DNA of 64,000 nucleotides from a virus, in IMG/VR virus record IMGVR_UViG_3300036766_002289, positions 28,056 through 92,055 of that record; one strand, 5' to 3'. The notes under the pieces are model-generated. The model was not told the DNA's origin. It ran no database searches and saw only the letters and a program-made list of their open reading frames with translations. Position 1 is the stretch's first letter. The number at the start of each line of letters is the position of its first letter. A program made the position numbers and the translations under genes. Shown piece after piece: positions 54,486 through 64,000 of this stretch.

Positions 54486-54846
54486 GGAATGTAGCCAAGC
54501 TGCACATGCAGCTATGATATGGCTAACTAGTAGAATTAGAACCAAACCAAATTGGATCATAAGATTCTTTCTATGGCTTTTTAGACGAACTGCCGCAATA
54601 CGTTTATCTACGGAAGAACAAGAATGGATTGATGGGTCTTTTACTAAAATCACTTTACAAGTGGATAGTCAAGATGAGTTGCTGAGATATTACACTATGG
54701 CTAAGTCGAAAGGTTTAACAGTAAGTTTGGTTACAGATGCAGGTAAAACAGAATTTAATGGCGTACCTACTTTCACTGCGATAGCTATTGGACCCCATGA
54801 AGCTTCTAGGATAGATGAAGTAACAAGAAGTTTAAAACTTTATTAA
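54430..54846 (+). CDS. peptidyl-tRNA hydrolase, PTH2 family
   Basis: VIVIRRDLKMRRGKECSQAAHAA matches the PTH2 N-terminal signature. Confidence 0.6.
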   Translation: MDVKQVIVIRRDLKMRRGKECSQAAHAAMIWLTSRIRTKPNWIIRFFLWLFRRTAAIRLSTEEQEWIDGSFTKITLQVDSQDELLRYYTMAKSKGLTVSLVTDAGKTEFNGVPTFTAIAIGPHEASRIDEVTRSLKLY

Positions 54847-55529
54847 GGACGAGAATGGACGAAATTATAGATACTGATGTTATAATCGCTATAATTGTAG
54901 GCATTGTTGTCGTGTTGTTTCTTCTGATTAGCATCATATTCGACTTATTTGACTAATGGTTCCTGACGTAGACATAAAATATGATCCAAGATTCTCTTTA
55001 GAAGAGAATTGGGTGTGTTGTACTACTGCTATTCAGGAGGCACAGGAAAGAGGTGTGTTGGTAACACCTTTAACTGTGTTTAATGATGAAGGCAAAATCG
55101 TTGGTTGGTACTTACATGGTTGGGAGCCACCTCCCGTTTTTTACACGTATCGACCACCCATGTAGTGTAGCAGTCTTCTGTGCAAAAAGTCCTATCTACT
55201 TCTGGTATTAGTTTTGGCATTTTCATTTCTTTTTGACACCCAAAACATATTAACTTGGTGGTCTCGGACATATAAATCCTTTCACTTTCATAGTTTTGTG
55301 TTGTATTACAGGGAAGTTGTTAGGTGGCCCACAAGTCACTTGAGCGATAATTGCTGGTTGTGGGAATTCCATAGCTACCACTTCAAAACATGCTCTAGCA
55401 GTATTGGGTTTACTGCAATCACATGGATTAGGTACTACCTGCCGTTCATTTCCACCAATTGGTAGATGACCGATTGAGCCGCCGCCGATTTTCATCTGTT
55501 TTATTTATCCAGTATGCTTAAATAATGGT

Positions 55530-58500
55530 GTGCAAGAGGTATTATATGACCGCATCGAAGTAACTTCCACGACCACGGGGTTAGGTGCGTTTGTTCTGCT
55601 GGGCGCGACCCCTGGCAATAGGCCATTCTCCATAGTTCCAGATGGAGATTCTATACCTTATTGTATAACCAATAATATCGACTATGAAATGGGTCTTGGA
55701 ACCGTCTCAGCAGGCGGCTCGATCCTTAGTAGAGACAAAGTTCTATCTAGCACCGCTGGTGGCGCGTTCATTAATTGGCCAGCAGGAACAAAAGAAGTAT
55801 TCCTAACAGCTACTTCAGACTTATTAACGCAAATAAATGTAGAATCTACACTAATCACCAGAGAAATGATTTCTGGTGGTCGTGCTGTTAATGTCAATAC
55901 ATCAGGATTAGCACAAATTGCTATGGCTGGCGATCCTACAAGAATGCCAGCCATTGGTGTAATGATAGACAACACCCTTTCTGGGCAACCAGCCAGAATT
56001 TATACCCGTTCACATCTATATTCAGATAAATTTAGTTATTCTGGCTATATTGGTTCTGAACTTTGGGTAGGAACTTCTGGTGATATAGTAACATCTGGTG
56101 GGATATCAGGCAATGTCCAGCAAATATTAGGCGTTGTAATCGCTCAATCTGGAATTTATTTGTCTCCTTCATTCCAAGTTCCTGGTACAACATTTAGTTT
56201 AACCTCTGGCATCATTACATCTGGGTTTATAGGCGATAATGCTGTCAATAGCGGCAACATTTCTAGTGGGCAAGTTGGCCAGTTTCACCTTGCTTCAGGT
56301 GCGGTTAATTCAGGGCATATTAGTAGCGGTGCAGTACAAGGTTTCTTTGGTAGCACAAGACACATAGCTTCAGGCACACTTGGCGTGTTTGATTTCGGCT
56401 CTGGCGCAGTAATAGCTGGTGCTGTTGGCTCAGGCGCAATTGTATCAGGAAATATAGCGTCAGGTCAAGTTGGCCAATTCCATATATCCTCTGGTGCCGT
56501 AACAAGTGGTAGATTAGGCGTTACTGGAACCCCAGACGGTACTAAGTTCTTAAGAGACGACTTCACATGGGCCACTCCAACTGTTGTAAGCGGTGCAATT
56601 CAATCAGGCATGATTGCTTCAGGTGCAGTCCAAGGCTTTTTTGGAAGTACAAGGAATATTGCTTCAGGAACAGTAGGTGTATTTGATTTTGGTAGTGGTG
56701 CAGTTATAGCAGGAACAGTTGGCAGTGGTGCAATTGTAAGTGGAAACATCGCTTCAGGTCAAGTCGGTCAATTCCATCTAGCGAGTGGTGCAGTTAATTC
56801 GGGTCACATAGGAAATAATGCTGTTGTAAGTGGTTCCATTGCATCTGGCCAGGTAAATACATATCACTTCGGTTCTGGAGCAACCGTTACAAGGGCACAA
56901 TTTGTCGCTCCATTTGTAAGCGGTACCCCTTGGACCGTAACTACAGAAGAAACCATATCTGGTGTAAGAGCAGTTGCATTTAGCCAAAGTGGTAATCTAG
57001 TAATTGCTATGGCAGGTGTTTCTGGTCGTGGCCCTGCAATAGGCATTGTAGTTGATAATGTTGCAAGTGGTACTCAAGCTAATGTTTATACTGTTGGGCC
57101 GCTACAATTTACTAGCGGCTTAGGTGATTATAGTGGTTATTTGGGTCAACCATTATACGTTGGACGTTCAGGACAAATTGTAACTGCGAGCGGTAGCTTC
57201 AATAGTGGTGGCTTCTTATCTGGTGATACGTTCCAGCAAATAGGTTATGCTTGGACTAGTGGTGGTGCCTTAATTGGCGTAAATGACCCTGTAATCAGCG
57301 GCGGCGTCCCATCATTAACTTCTGGCTTAGTACAATCTGGCAACATAGCATCTGGTGCAGTCCAGGGATTCTTTGGCAGCACAAGAAACATAGCTTCTGG
57401 TACAGTCGGCGTCTTCGATTTTGGTTCAGGCGCAGTTATAGCTGGGACAGTTGGCTCAGGTGCAATTGTAAGCGGAAACATCGCAAGCGGTCAAATAGGT
57501 CAGTTTCACATTGCAAGTGGTGCAGTTAATTCAGGTCATATAGGTAACAACGCAGTTGTATCAGGCTCAATTGCTTCTGGGCAGATCGGACAATTCCACA
57601 TTGCAAGTGGTGCAGTTAATTCTGGCCATATAGCATCAGGTGCCGTACAAGGTTTTTTTGGTTCAACAAGAAACATAGCAAGTGGTACTATAGGCGTTTT
57701 CGATTTCGGGTCTGGTGCTGTTATAGCAGGAACCGTTGGTAGTGGTGCAATTGTAAGTGGAAATATTGCTTCGGGTCAAGTCGGCCAGTTCCATATTTCT
57801 TCTGGTGCTGTAACAAGCGGCAGATTAGGAGTGACAGGAACACCAGACGGAACTAGATTCTTAAGAGACGATTTTGTTTGGGCTACTCCTACCGCAGCAG
57901 GTGTTACTAGCGGTGGCATTCAATCAGGTATGATTGCATCTGGCGCAGTCCAGGGCTTCTTTGGCTCAACAAGACACATAGCTTCGGGCACAGTAGGTGT
58001 ATTTGATTTTGGTTCAGGCGCAGTTATAGCTGGGACCGTTGGCAGTGGCGCAATTGTAAGTGGTAACATAGCAAGTGGTCAAATAGGTCAATTCCATCTT
58101 GCAAGCGGGGCTGTTAATTCAGGGCATATTGGCAACAACGCAGTCGTAAGTGGCTCAGTTGCAAGTGGTCAGTTATCAACATATCATTTCGGTTCTGGTG
58201 CAACGGTCACTAGGGCACAGTTTGTTTCGCCGTTCGTTAGCGGTACATCTTGGACAGCAATTACGGAAGAAACTATATCTGGTGTTCGTGCAGTTGCATT
58301 TAGTCAAAGCGGTAATTTAAGAATCGCAATGGCTAGCGTTTCGGGCAGAGGACCAGCCATTGGTGTAGTTATAGATAATGTTCTAAGCGGTTTACAGGCT
58401 AATGTTTATACTGTTGGTGCAGTCCAATTTACTAGTGGTTTAGGTGATTATAGTGGTTACATTGGTCAGCCATTATACGTAGGACGTTCAGGACAAGTTG

Positions 58501-61500
58501 TTACTGCGAGCGGTAGCTTCAACAGTGGCGGGTTCTTGTCTGGGGAAATGCTACAACAAATTGGTGTGGCATGGACAAGTGGTGGAGCATTAATTGGTGT
58601 GAATGACCCAATTGTTAGTGGTAGCGTTCCAGCATTAACTTCTGGTCTAGTCCAGTCTGGAAACATAGCATCTGGCGCAGTCCAAGGCTTTTTTGGAAGT
58701 ACAAGAAATATAGCTTCAGGCACAGTCGGTGTATTTGATTTTGGTTCAGGCGCAGTTATAGCAGGAACCGTTGGTAGTGGTGCAATTGTAAGTGGTAATA
58801 TAGCTTCAGGCCAAATTGGTCAATTCCACCTTGCATCTGGCTCAGTAACAAGTGGTGCAATTGCAAGTGGACAAGTAGGCCAGTTTGCTCATTCTTCTGG
58901 TGCAATTAATTCAGGACATGTATCTTCTGGTGCCGTTCAAGGTTTCTTTGGCTCAACAAGACACATAGCTTCAGGCACAATAGGCGTATTTGATTTCGGC
59001 TCAGGCGCAGTTATAGCAGGAACCGTTGGCAGTGGAGCAATTGTAAGTGGTAATATAGCTTCAGGTCAAGTTGGTAATTTTGCCATATCTTCTGGCGCAG
59101 TAACAAGTGGGCGATTAGGCGTCACAGGAACCCCAGATGGAACTAAGTTTTTAAGGGATGACTTTACTTGGTCCAGCCCAATTATAAGTGGCAGCATTCA
59201 ATCAGGCATGATTGCTTCAGGTGCAGTGCAAGGCTTCTTTGGAAGTACGAGAAATATTGCTTCAGGCACTGTAGGCGTGTTTGATTTTGGTTCGGGTGCA
59301 GTTATAGCTGGGACCGTTGGCAGTGGCGCAATTGTAAGTGGAAATATTGCTTCAGGCCAAATTGGTCAATTCCACCTTGCAAGTGGTGCAGTTAATTCGG
59401 GTCATATAGGTAATAATGCAGTTGTAAGCGGTTCAGTTGCCAGTGGCCAACTTTCAATATATCATTTCGCATCAGGAGCAACAGTCACAAGGGCACAGTT
59501 CGTTGCTCCATTTGTAAGTGGTACATCTTGGACAGTAATTACAGAAGAAACCATATCTGGTGTAAGAGCAGTTGCATTTAGCCAAAGTGGCACACTTAGA
59601 GTTGCAATGGCCAGTATTTCTGGTCGATATCCAGCAATCGGTGTCGTTGTAGACAACGTTCTAAGTGGTTTACAGGCCAACGTTTACACTGTTGGCCCAT
59701 TGCAGTTTACTAGTGGTTTAGGCGATTATAGTGGTTATTTGGGTCAACCACTATATGTTGGTCGTTCAGGACAAGTTGTAACCGCGAGCGGTAGTTTCAA
59801 TAGCGGTGGATTATTGTCTGGCGATATGACCCAGCAAATAGGTTTTGCTTGGACAAGCGGTGGCGCACTCATAGAAGTAAATGCACCATTTGTAAGTGGT
59901 GGTGTCCCAGCATTAACAAGTGGCTTAGTCCAATCTGGTAACATAGCATCAGGTGCAGTACAAGGTTTCTTCGGCTCTACTAGGAATATTGCAAGTGGAA
60001 CCGTAGGCGTCTTCGATTTTGGTTCAGGCGCAGTTATAGCAGGGACCGTTGGCAGCGGTGCAATTGTAAGTGGAAACATCGCTTCAGGTCAGATAGGTCA
60101 ATTCCACTTGGCTTCTGGTTCAGTAACAAGTGGTGCAATAGCAAGTGGACAAGTAGGCCAGTTTGCTCATTCAAGTGGCAGTGTAACGAGTGGTGCAATA
60201 GCTTCAGGTCAAGTTGGTCAATTTGCTCATTCTTCTGGCGCAATTAATAGTGGTCATGTTTCAAGTGGTGCGGTCCAGGGCTTCTTTGGCTCAACAAGAC
60301 ACATCGCTTCAGGCACAGTAGGCGTATTTGATTTTGGTAGTGGTGCAGTAATAGCAGGAACCGTTGGTAGCGGTGCAATTGTAAGCGGTAATATAGCAAG
60401 TGGTCAAGTAGGACAGTTCCACCTATCATCAGGCAGTGTAACTTCAGGTGCCATTTCAAGTGGTGTTGTAGGTCAGTTTGCACTTTCAAGTGGCTCAGTA
60501 ACAAGCGGTGCGATTTCAAGTGGTCAAGTAAATACTTATCATTTCGGCAGTGGTGCAACTGTCACTAGGGCACAATTCGTCGCTCCATTTGTAAGTGGTA
60601 CATCTTGGACAGTAATTACAGAAGAAATAATTTCAGGTGTAAGAGCAGTTGCATTAAGCCAAAGCGGTACTTTAAGGGTCGCTATGGCCAGTATTTCTGG
60701 TCGATACCCAGCAATCGGTGTGGTCGTAGACAACGTTCTAAGCGGTTTACAAGCTAATGTATACACTGTAGGACCGCTCCAGTTTACAAGCGGGTTGGGT
60801 GATTATAGTGGTTATTTGGGTCAACCATTATATGTTGGTCGTTCAGGACAAGTTGTTACTTCAAGCGGCAGCTTCAATAGTGGTGGATTGCTTTCTGGTG
60901 ATATGACCCAGCAAATAGGTTACGCCTGGACTAGTGGCGGTGCCTTAATAGAGGTCAATGCACCATTTGTAAGTGGTAGTGTTCCGTCATTAACAAGTGG
61001 TTTAGTCCAGAGTGGCAATATTGCTAGTGGTGCCGTACAAGGCTTCTTCGGAAGTACGAGAAACATAGCTTCAGGCACAGTAGGTGTATTTGATTTTGGT
61101 TCTGGTGCAGTTATAGCAGGAACAGTTGGTTCAGGTGCAATTGTAAGCGGAAATATAGCTTCAGGCCAAATTGGTCAATTCCACCTTGCAAGTGGCAGTG
61201 TAACTTCAGGTGCAATAGCAAGTGGACAAGTAGGCCAGTTCGCCCTTTCAAGTGGTTCAGTAACGAGTGGTGCAATAGCTTCAGGTCAAGTAGGACAATT
61301 TGCTCATTCTTCTGGCGCAATTAATAGTGGTCATGTTTCAAGTGGCGCAGTCCAGGGCTTCTTTGGCTCGACAAGACATATAGCAAGTGGTACTGTAGGC
61401 GTGTTTGATTTTGGTTCAGGTGCAGTTATAGCAGGAACAGTTGGCAGTGGAGCAATTGTAAGCGGTAATATAGCTTCAGGCCAAGTAGGACAATTTCATC

Positions 61501-62978
61501 TATCATCAGGCAGTGTAACTTCAGGTGCTATATCTTCGGGTGTTGTAGGCCAATTTGCACTAAGTTCTGGCTCAGTAACGAGTGGTGCAATATCATCTGG
61601 TCAAGTAAACACTTACCATTTTGGTTCTGGAGCAACAGTAACTAGGGCACAATTTGTTGCTCCATTTGTGAGTGGAACATCTTGGACAATAATTACAGAA
61701 GAAACTATATCAGGCGTAAAAGCAGTAGCACTAAGCCAGAGTGGCACACTTAGAGTTGCAATGGCCAGTATTTCTGGTCGATATCCAGCAATCGGTGTCG
61801 TTGTAGACAACGTTCTAAGTGGTTTACAAGCTAATGTATACACTGTTGGTCCGCTCCAGTTTACTAGCGGGTTAGGCGATTATAGTGGTTACATTGGTCA
61901 GCCATTGTATGTTGGTCGTTCAGGACAAGTTGTAACAAGCTCTGGCAGCTTCAACAGTGGTGGATTGTTGTCTGGCGATATGACCCAGCAAATAGGTTTT
62001 GCTTGGACAAGTGGCGGCGCACTCATAGAGGTTAATGCCCCATTTGTAAGCGGTGGAACTCCAACTTTAACATCAGGTATAGTCCAAAGTGGCAACATCG
62101 GTTCGGGTGCAGTCCAAGGCTTCTTTGGCAGTACACGTAACATAGCTTCAGGCACAGTCGGTGTATTTGACTTTGGTTCAGGTGCAGTTATAGCAGGAAC
62201 AGTTGGTAGCGGTGCAATTGTAAGCGGAAACATTGCAAGTGGTCAGATTGGTCAATTCCACTTGGCTTCTGGTTCAGTAACTTCAGGTGCAATAGCAAGT
62301 GGACAAGTAGGCCAGTTTGCTCTAAGTTCAGGCTCTGTAACAAGTGGTGCAATTGCTTCTGGGCAGATAAGTCAGTTTAAGTTAGCATCAGGTGCGGTTA
62401 ATAGTGGCCATATTGGTTCTGGTGCAGTCCAAGGCTTTTTTGGCTCAACAAGACACATCGCTTCAGGCACAGTGGGCGTATTTGATTTTGGTAGTGGTGC
62501 AGTAATAGCAGGAACAGTTGGGTCTGGTGCAATTGTAAGTGGAAATGTCGCAAGTGGTCAAATAGCAGATTTCCATTTTGCATCTGGTGCAAAAATAAAC
62601 GTGGCGGGTTGGATCACTGATACAGCATTGGTTGCAGGTACGCCAATTTCTGGCAGCTGTGCAGTTTCTGTTGACGCAAGTGGCCACCTAATTCAAAGTA
62701 ACCCAACACTATCTGGTCAGTTCCCAATTTATGGCATTGCAGACGGGGCACTTGTGTCTGGTTCTGCTGGTATTATAAGATTAATGGGACCATTTACATC
62801 TACAGAGTTTAACTTCTCTGGCAGTATCGGTAGAGTTTTGTATGTCGGTTTAAGTGGTCAAATAACCCCAACAATGCCTTCACTATCTGGTGTCTTTACA
62901 CAGAAAGTTGGCATTGCAACTAGCCATTCTGGTATGTTGGTTAGAATAGATAACCAATTCATACAAATTGGCTTATAA
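55530..62978 (+). CDS. giant repeat protein (2482 aa), putative tail fibre/adhesin
   Basis: Single ORF; five or more tandem units of about 360-440 aa, each built from about 60-aa SGAVQGFFGSTRNIASGTVGVFDFGSGAVIAGTVGSGAIVSGNIASGQ subrepeats; unique N- and C-terminal domains. Confidence 0.8.
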   Translation: MQEVLYDRIEVTSTTTGLGAFVLLGATPGNRPFSIVPDGDSIPYCITNNIDYEMGLGTVSAGGSILSRDKVLSSTAGGAFINWPAGTKEVFLTATSDLLTQINVESTLITREMISGGRAVNVNTSGLAQIAMAGDPTRMPAIGVMIDNTLSGQPARIYTRSHLYSDKFSYSGYIGSELWVGTSGDIVTSGGISGNVQQILGVVIAQSGIYLSPSFQVPGTTFSLTSGIITSGFIGDNAVNSGNISSGQVGQFHLASGAVNSGHISSGAVQGFFGSTRHIASGTLGVFDFGSGAVIAGAVGSGAIVSGNIASGQVGQFHISSGAVTSGRLGVTGTPDGTKFLRDDFTWATPTVVSGAIQSGMIASGAVQGFFGSTRNIASGTVGVFDFGSGAVIAGTVGSGAIVSGNIASGQVGQFHLASGAVNSGHIGNNAVVSGSIASGQVNTYHFGSGATVTRAQFVAPFVSGTPWTVTTEETISGVRAVAFSQSGNLVIAMAGVSGRGPAIGIVVDNVASGTQANVYTVGPLQFTSGLGDYSGYLGQPLYVGRSGQIVTASGSFNSGGFLSGDTFQQIGYAWTSGGALIGVNDPVISGGVPSLTSGLVQSGNIASGAVQGFFGSTRNIASGTVGVFDFGSGAVIAGTVGSGAIVSGNIASGQIGQFHIASGAVNSGHIGNNAVVSGSIASGQIGQFHIASGAVNSGHIASGAVQGFFGSTRNIASGTIGVFDFGSGAVIAGTVGSGAIVSGNIASGQVGQFHISSGAVTSGRLGVTGTPDGTRFLRDDFVWATPTAAGVTSGGIQSGMIASGAVQGFFGSTRHIASGTVGVFDFGSGAVIAGTVGSGAIVSGNIASGQIGQFHLASGAVNSGHIGNNAVVSGSVASGQLSTYHFGSGATVTRAQFVSPFVSGTSWTAITEETISGVRAVAFSQSGNLRIAMASVSGRGPAIGVVIDNVLSGLQANVYTVGAVQFTSGLGDYSGYIGQPLYVGRSGQVVTASGSFNSGGFLSGEMLQQIGVAWTSGGALIGVNDPIVSGSVPALTSGLVQSGNIASGAVQGFFGSTRNIASGTVGVFDFGSGAVIAGTVGSGAIVSGNIASGQIGQFHLASGSVTSGAIASGQVGQFAHSSGAINSGHVSSGAVQGFFGSTRHIASGTIGVFDFGSGAVIAGTVGSGAIVSGNIASGQVGNFAISSGAVTSGRLGVTGTPDGTKFLRDDFTWSSPIISGSIQSGMIASGAVQGFFGSTRNIASGTVGVFDFGSGAVIAGTVGSGAIVSGNIASGQIGQFHLASGAVNSGHIGNNAVVSGSVASGQLSIYHFASGATVTRAQFVAPFVSGTSWTVITEETISGVRAVAFSQSGTLRVAMASISGRYPAIGVVVDNVLSGLQANVYTVGPLQFTSGLGDYSGYLGQPLYVGRSGQVVTASGSFNSGGLLSGDMTQQIGFAWTSGGALIEVNAPFVSGGVPALTSGLVQSGNIASGAVQGFFGSTRNIASGTVGVFDFGSGAVIAGTVGSGAIVSGNIASGQIGQFHLASGSVTSGAIASGQVGQFAHSSGSVTSGAIASGQVGQFAHSSGAINSGHVSSGAVQGFFGSTRHIASGTVGVFDFGSGAVIAGTVGSGAIVSGNIASGQVGQFHLSSGSVTSGAISSGVVGQFALSSGSVTSGAISSGQVNTYHFGSGATVTRAQFVAPFVSGTSWTVITEEIISGVRAVALSQSGTLRVAMASISGRYPAIGVVVDNVLSGLQANVYTVGPLQFTSGLGDYSGYLGQPLYVGRSGQVVTSSGSFNSGGLLSGDMTQQIGYAWTSGGALIEVNAPFVSGSVPSLTSGLVQSGNIASGAVQGFFGSTRNIASGTVGVFDFGSGAVIAGTVGSGAIVSGNIASGQIGQFHLASGSVTSGAIASGQVGQFALSSGSVTSGAIASGQVGQFAHSSGAINSGHVSSGAVQGFFGSTRHIASGTVGVFDFGSGAVIAGTVGSGAIVSGNIASGQVGQFHLSSGSVTSGAISSGVVGQFALSSGSVTSGAISSGQVNTYHFGSGATVTRAQFVAPFVSGTSWTIITEETISGVKAVALSQSGTLRVAMASISGRYPAIGVVVDNVLSGLQANVYTVGPLQFTSGLGDYSGYIGQPLYVGRSGQVVTSSGSFNSGGLLSGDMTQQIGFAWTSGGALIEVNAPFVSGGTPTLTSGIVQSGNIGSGAVQGFFGSTRNIASGTVGVFDFGSGAVIAGTVGSGAIVSGNIASGQIGQFHLASGSVTSGAIASGQVGQFALSSGSVTSGAIASGQISQFKLASGAVNSGHIGSGAVQGFFGSTRHIASGTVGVFDFGSGAVIAGTVGSGAIVSGNVASGQIADFHFASGAKINVAGWITDTALVAGTPISGSCAVSVDASGHLIQSNPTLSGQFPIYGIADGALVSGSAGIIRLMGPFTSTEFNFSGSIGRVLYVGLSGQITPTMPSLSGVFTQKVGIATSHSGMLVRIDNQFIQIGL
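56918..62750 (+). repeat. tandem 1.1-1.3 kb DNA repeats inside the giant gene (about 85-95% identical)
   Basis: Unit landmarks at about 56918, 58238, 59515, 60592 and 61671. Confidence 0.7.
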
Positions 62979-63050
62979 ATCTTATTAACTCCTTATTAAC
63001 ACAGTCTTTTTAATCTGGAATAAATCAGACGCATATTATAAATATGGTAT

Positions 63051-64000
63051 ATGGGAGTGCCCTTAGTATTCGACACCAGCACAGGTATAACCACAGCAAG
63101 ACCATTTATAGCTAGTGATAATGTTTTTGCGTCGGGGGTTGTTGCGTCTGGTGTTATAGCGTCAGGTGCAGTCCAAGGCTTCTTTGGCACTACTAGAAAC
63201 ATAGCTTCAGGTACATTAGGCGTATTTGATTTCGGTTCTGGTGCAGTTATAGCTGGGGCTGTTGGCAGTGGCGCAATTGTAAGTGGAAATATAGCTTCAG
63301 GTCAGATCGGTCAATTCCATATCGCCTCTGGTGCAGTAACAAGTGGCAGACTAGGAGTTACGGGCACTCCAGACGGTACTAAATTCCTAAGAGACGACTT
63401 CACATGGTCCAGTCCAATTATAAGTGGCTCTATTCAATCAGGCATGATAGCAAGTGGTGCTGTACAAGGTTTCTTCGGTTCTACTAGAAATATAGCAAGT
63501 GGAACCGTAGGCGTATTTGATTTTGGCAGTGGTGCAGTAATAGCAGGAACAGTCGGCAGTGGGGCAATTGTAAGTGGAAATGTTGCTTCAGGTCAGATTG
63601 GTCAAGCCCATTTGGCTTCTGGTATTATCGCTGTGTTTACCGATTCGGTTAGTGCTGCGAAGGGCAATGTTGCCGCTGGTCCTGGCGTGAATGCAATAAG
63701 TGGGTCGCGAAATACAGCATTTGGATATACGGTTCTCAATAATTCACGAGGCAGCAGCGGTAATACTGGTTTTGGATTCCAATCCTTGTTTGCTTGCAGT
63801 AGCGGATGGTATAACACCGCTATCGGTGCGACTGCATTAGTCAACTTTCAATGGGGTAGTGGTAATGTTGCTGTTGGGGCGGGGGCCATTGGGCCAATAG
63901 ATGGAACATTTGGCATGTCAGGTGCCTCGAGTGCAATATCATTTAATACAGCTATTGGTCAACAAGCTGGGACTCATATAAGTAGCGGGGCACTTAATAA
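63051..64000 (+). CDS. second repeat protein (partial, continues beyond the window), Hep_Hag-like C-terminal repeats
   Basis: ATG 63051; same subrepeats, then NTAIGATAL..GSGNVAVGAGA periodic motif; open at window end. Confidence 0.6.
   Translation, partial: MGVPLVFDTSTGITTARPFIASDNVFASGVVASGVIASGAVQGFFGTTRNIASGTLGVFDFGSGAVIAGAVGSGAIVSGNIASGQIGQFHIASGAVTSGRLGVTGTPDGTKFLRDDFTWSSPIISGSIQSGMIASGAVQGFFGSTRNIASGTVGVFDFGSGAVIAGTVGSGAIVSGNVASGQIGQAHLASGIIAVFTDSVSAAKGNVAAGPGVNAISGSRNTAFGYTVLNNSRGSSGNTGFGFQSLFACSSGWYNTAIGATALVNFQWGSGNVAVGAGAIGPIDGTFGMSGASSAISFNTAIGQQAGTHISSGALN

Noticed and set aside
55530-62978. Possible CRISPR array or DGR variable repeat
   Set aside because: The repeats are 1.1-1.3 kb, protein-coding and imperfect, with no short direct repeats separated by unique spacers. 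No reverse transcriptase is present in the window, so a DGR cannot be supported.
56320-63202. Numerous minus-strand ORFs (60-111 aa) inside the giant repeat gene
   Set aside because: They recur with the repeat period (the same peptide appears several times) and are Pro/Thr-rich frame shadows of the Gly/Ser-rich coding repeats.
1-64000. Alternative genetic code (stop-codon reassignment)
   Set aside because: Long uninterrupted ORFs with recognisable conserved proteins (ligase, MAP, purC) are obtained with the standard code, so there is no need to invoke recoding.

Overview
The window is AT-rich and gene-dense, with almost every gene on the + strand. It reads like an accessory/late region of a large (jumbo-type) bacteriophage or similar bacterial mobile element. 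Supporting this: (i) a large set of tRNA genes (about 45 canonical, tRNA-like or atypical elements between ~8.8 and 46.5 kb, 20 of them in one array at 8.8-11.4 kb) with several diverged copies of the same anticodon; (ii) a family of at least seven paralogous HNH endonuclease ORFs that abut or overlap the tRNA genes; (iii) two adjacent giant repeat proteins of tail-fibre/adhesin type (55530-62978, 2482 aa, and 63051 to past the window end) built from 1.1-1.3 kb tandem DNA repeats. Auxiliary genes recognisable from the translations include an ATP-dependent DNA ligase, methionine aminopeptidase, SAICAR synthetase (purC), a PTH2-type peptidyl-tRNA hydrolase, a NADAR/YbiA domain protein, an acyl-carrier-protein-like protein, a beta-class DNA methyltransferase, two SAM-methyltransferase-like proteins, an SPFH/band-7 protein, a compact voltage-gated K+ channel, a gp55-like minimal sigma factor on the minus strand, and an E1-like (ThiF) / JAB pair flanking two glycine-rich paralogues. 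A 16-nt motif TAGCTTAGTTGTACCA recurs downstream of tRNAs and upstream of ORFs, and a conserved MKNYWLD gene-start module occurs four times. There is no CRISPR array, reverse transcriptase or integrase in the window. Coordinates of tRNA ends are hand-derived and may be off by 1-3 nt, and anticodon assignments are tentative.
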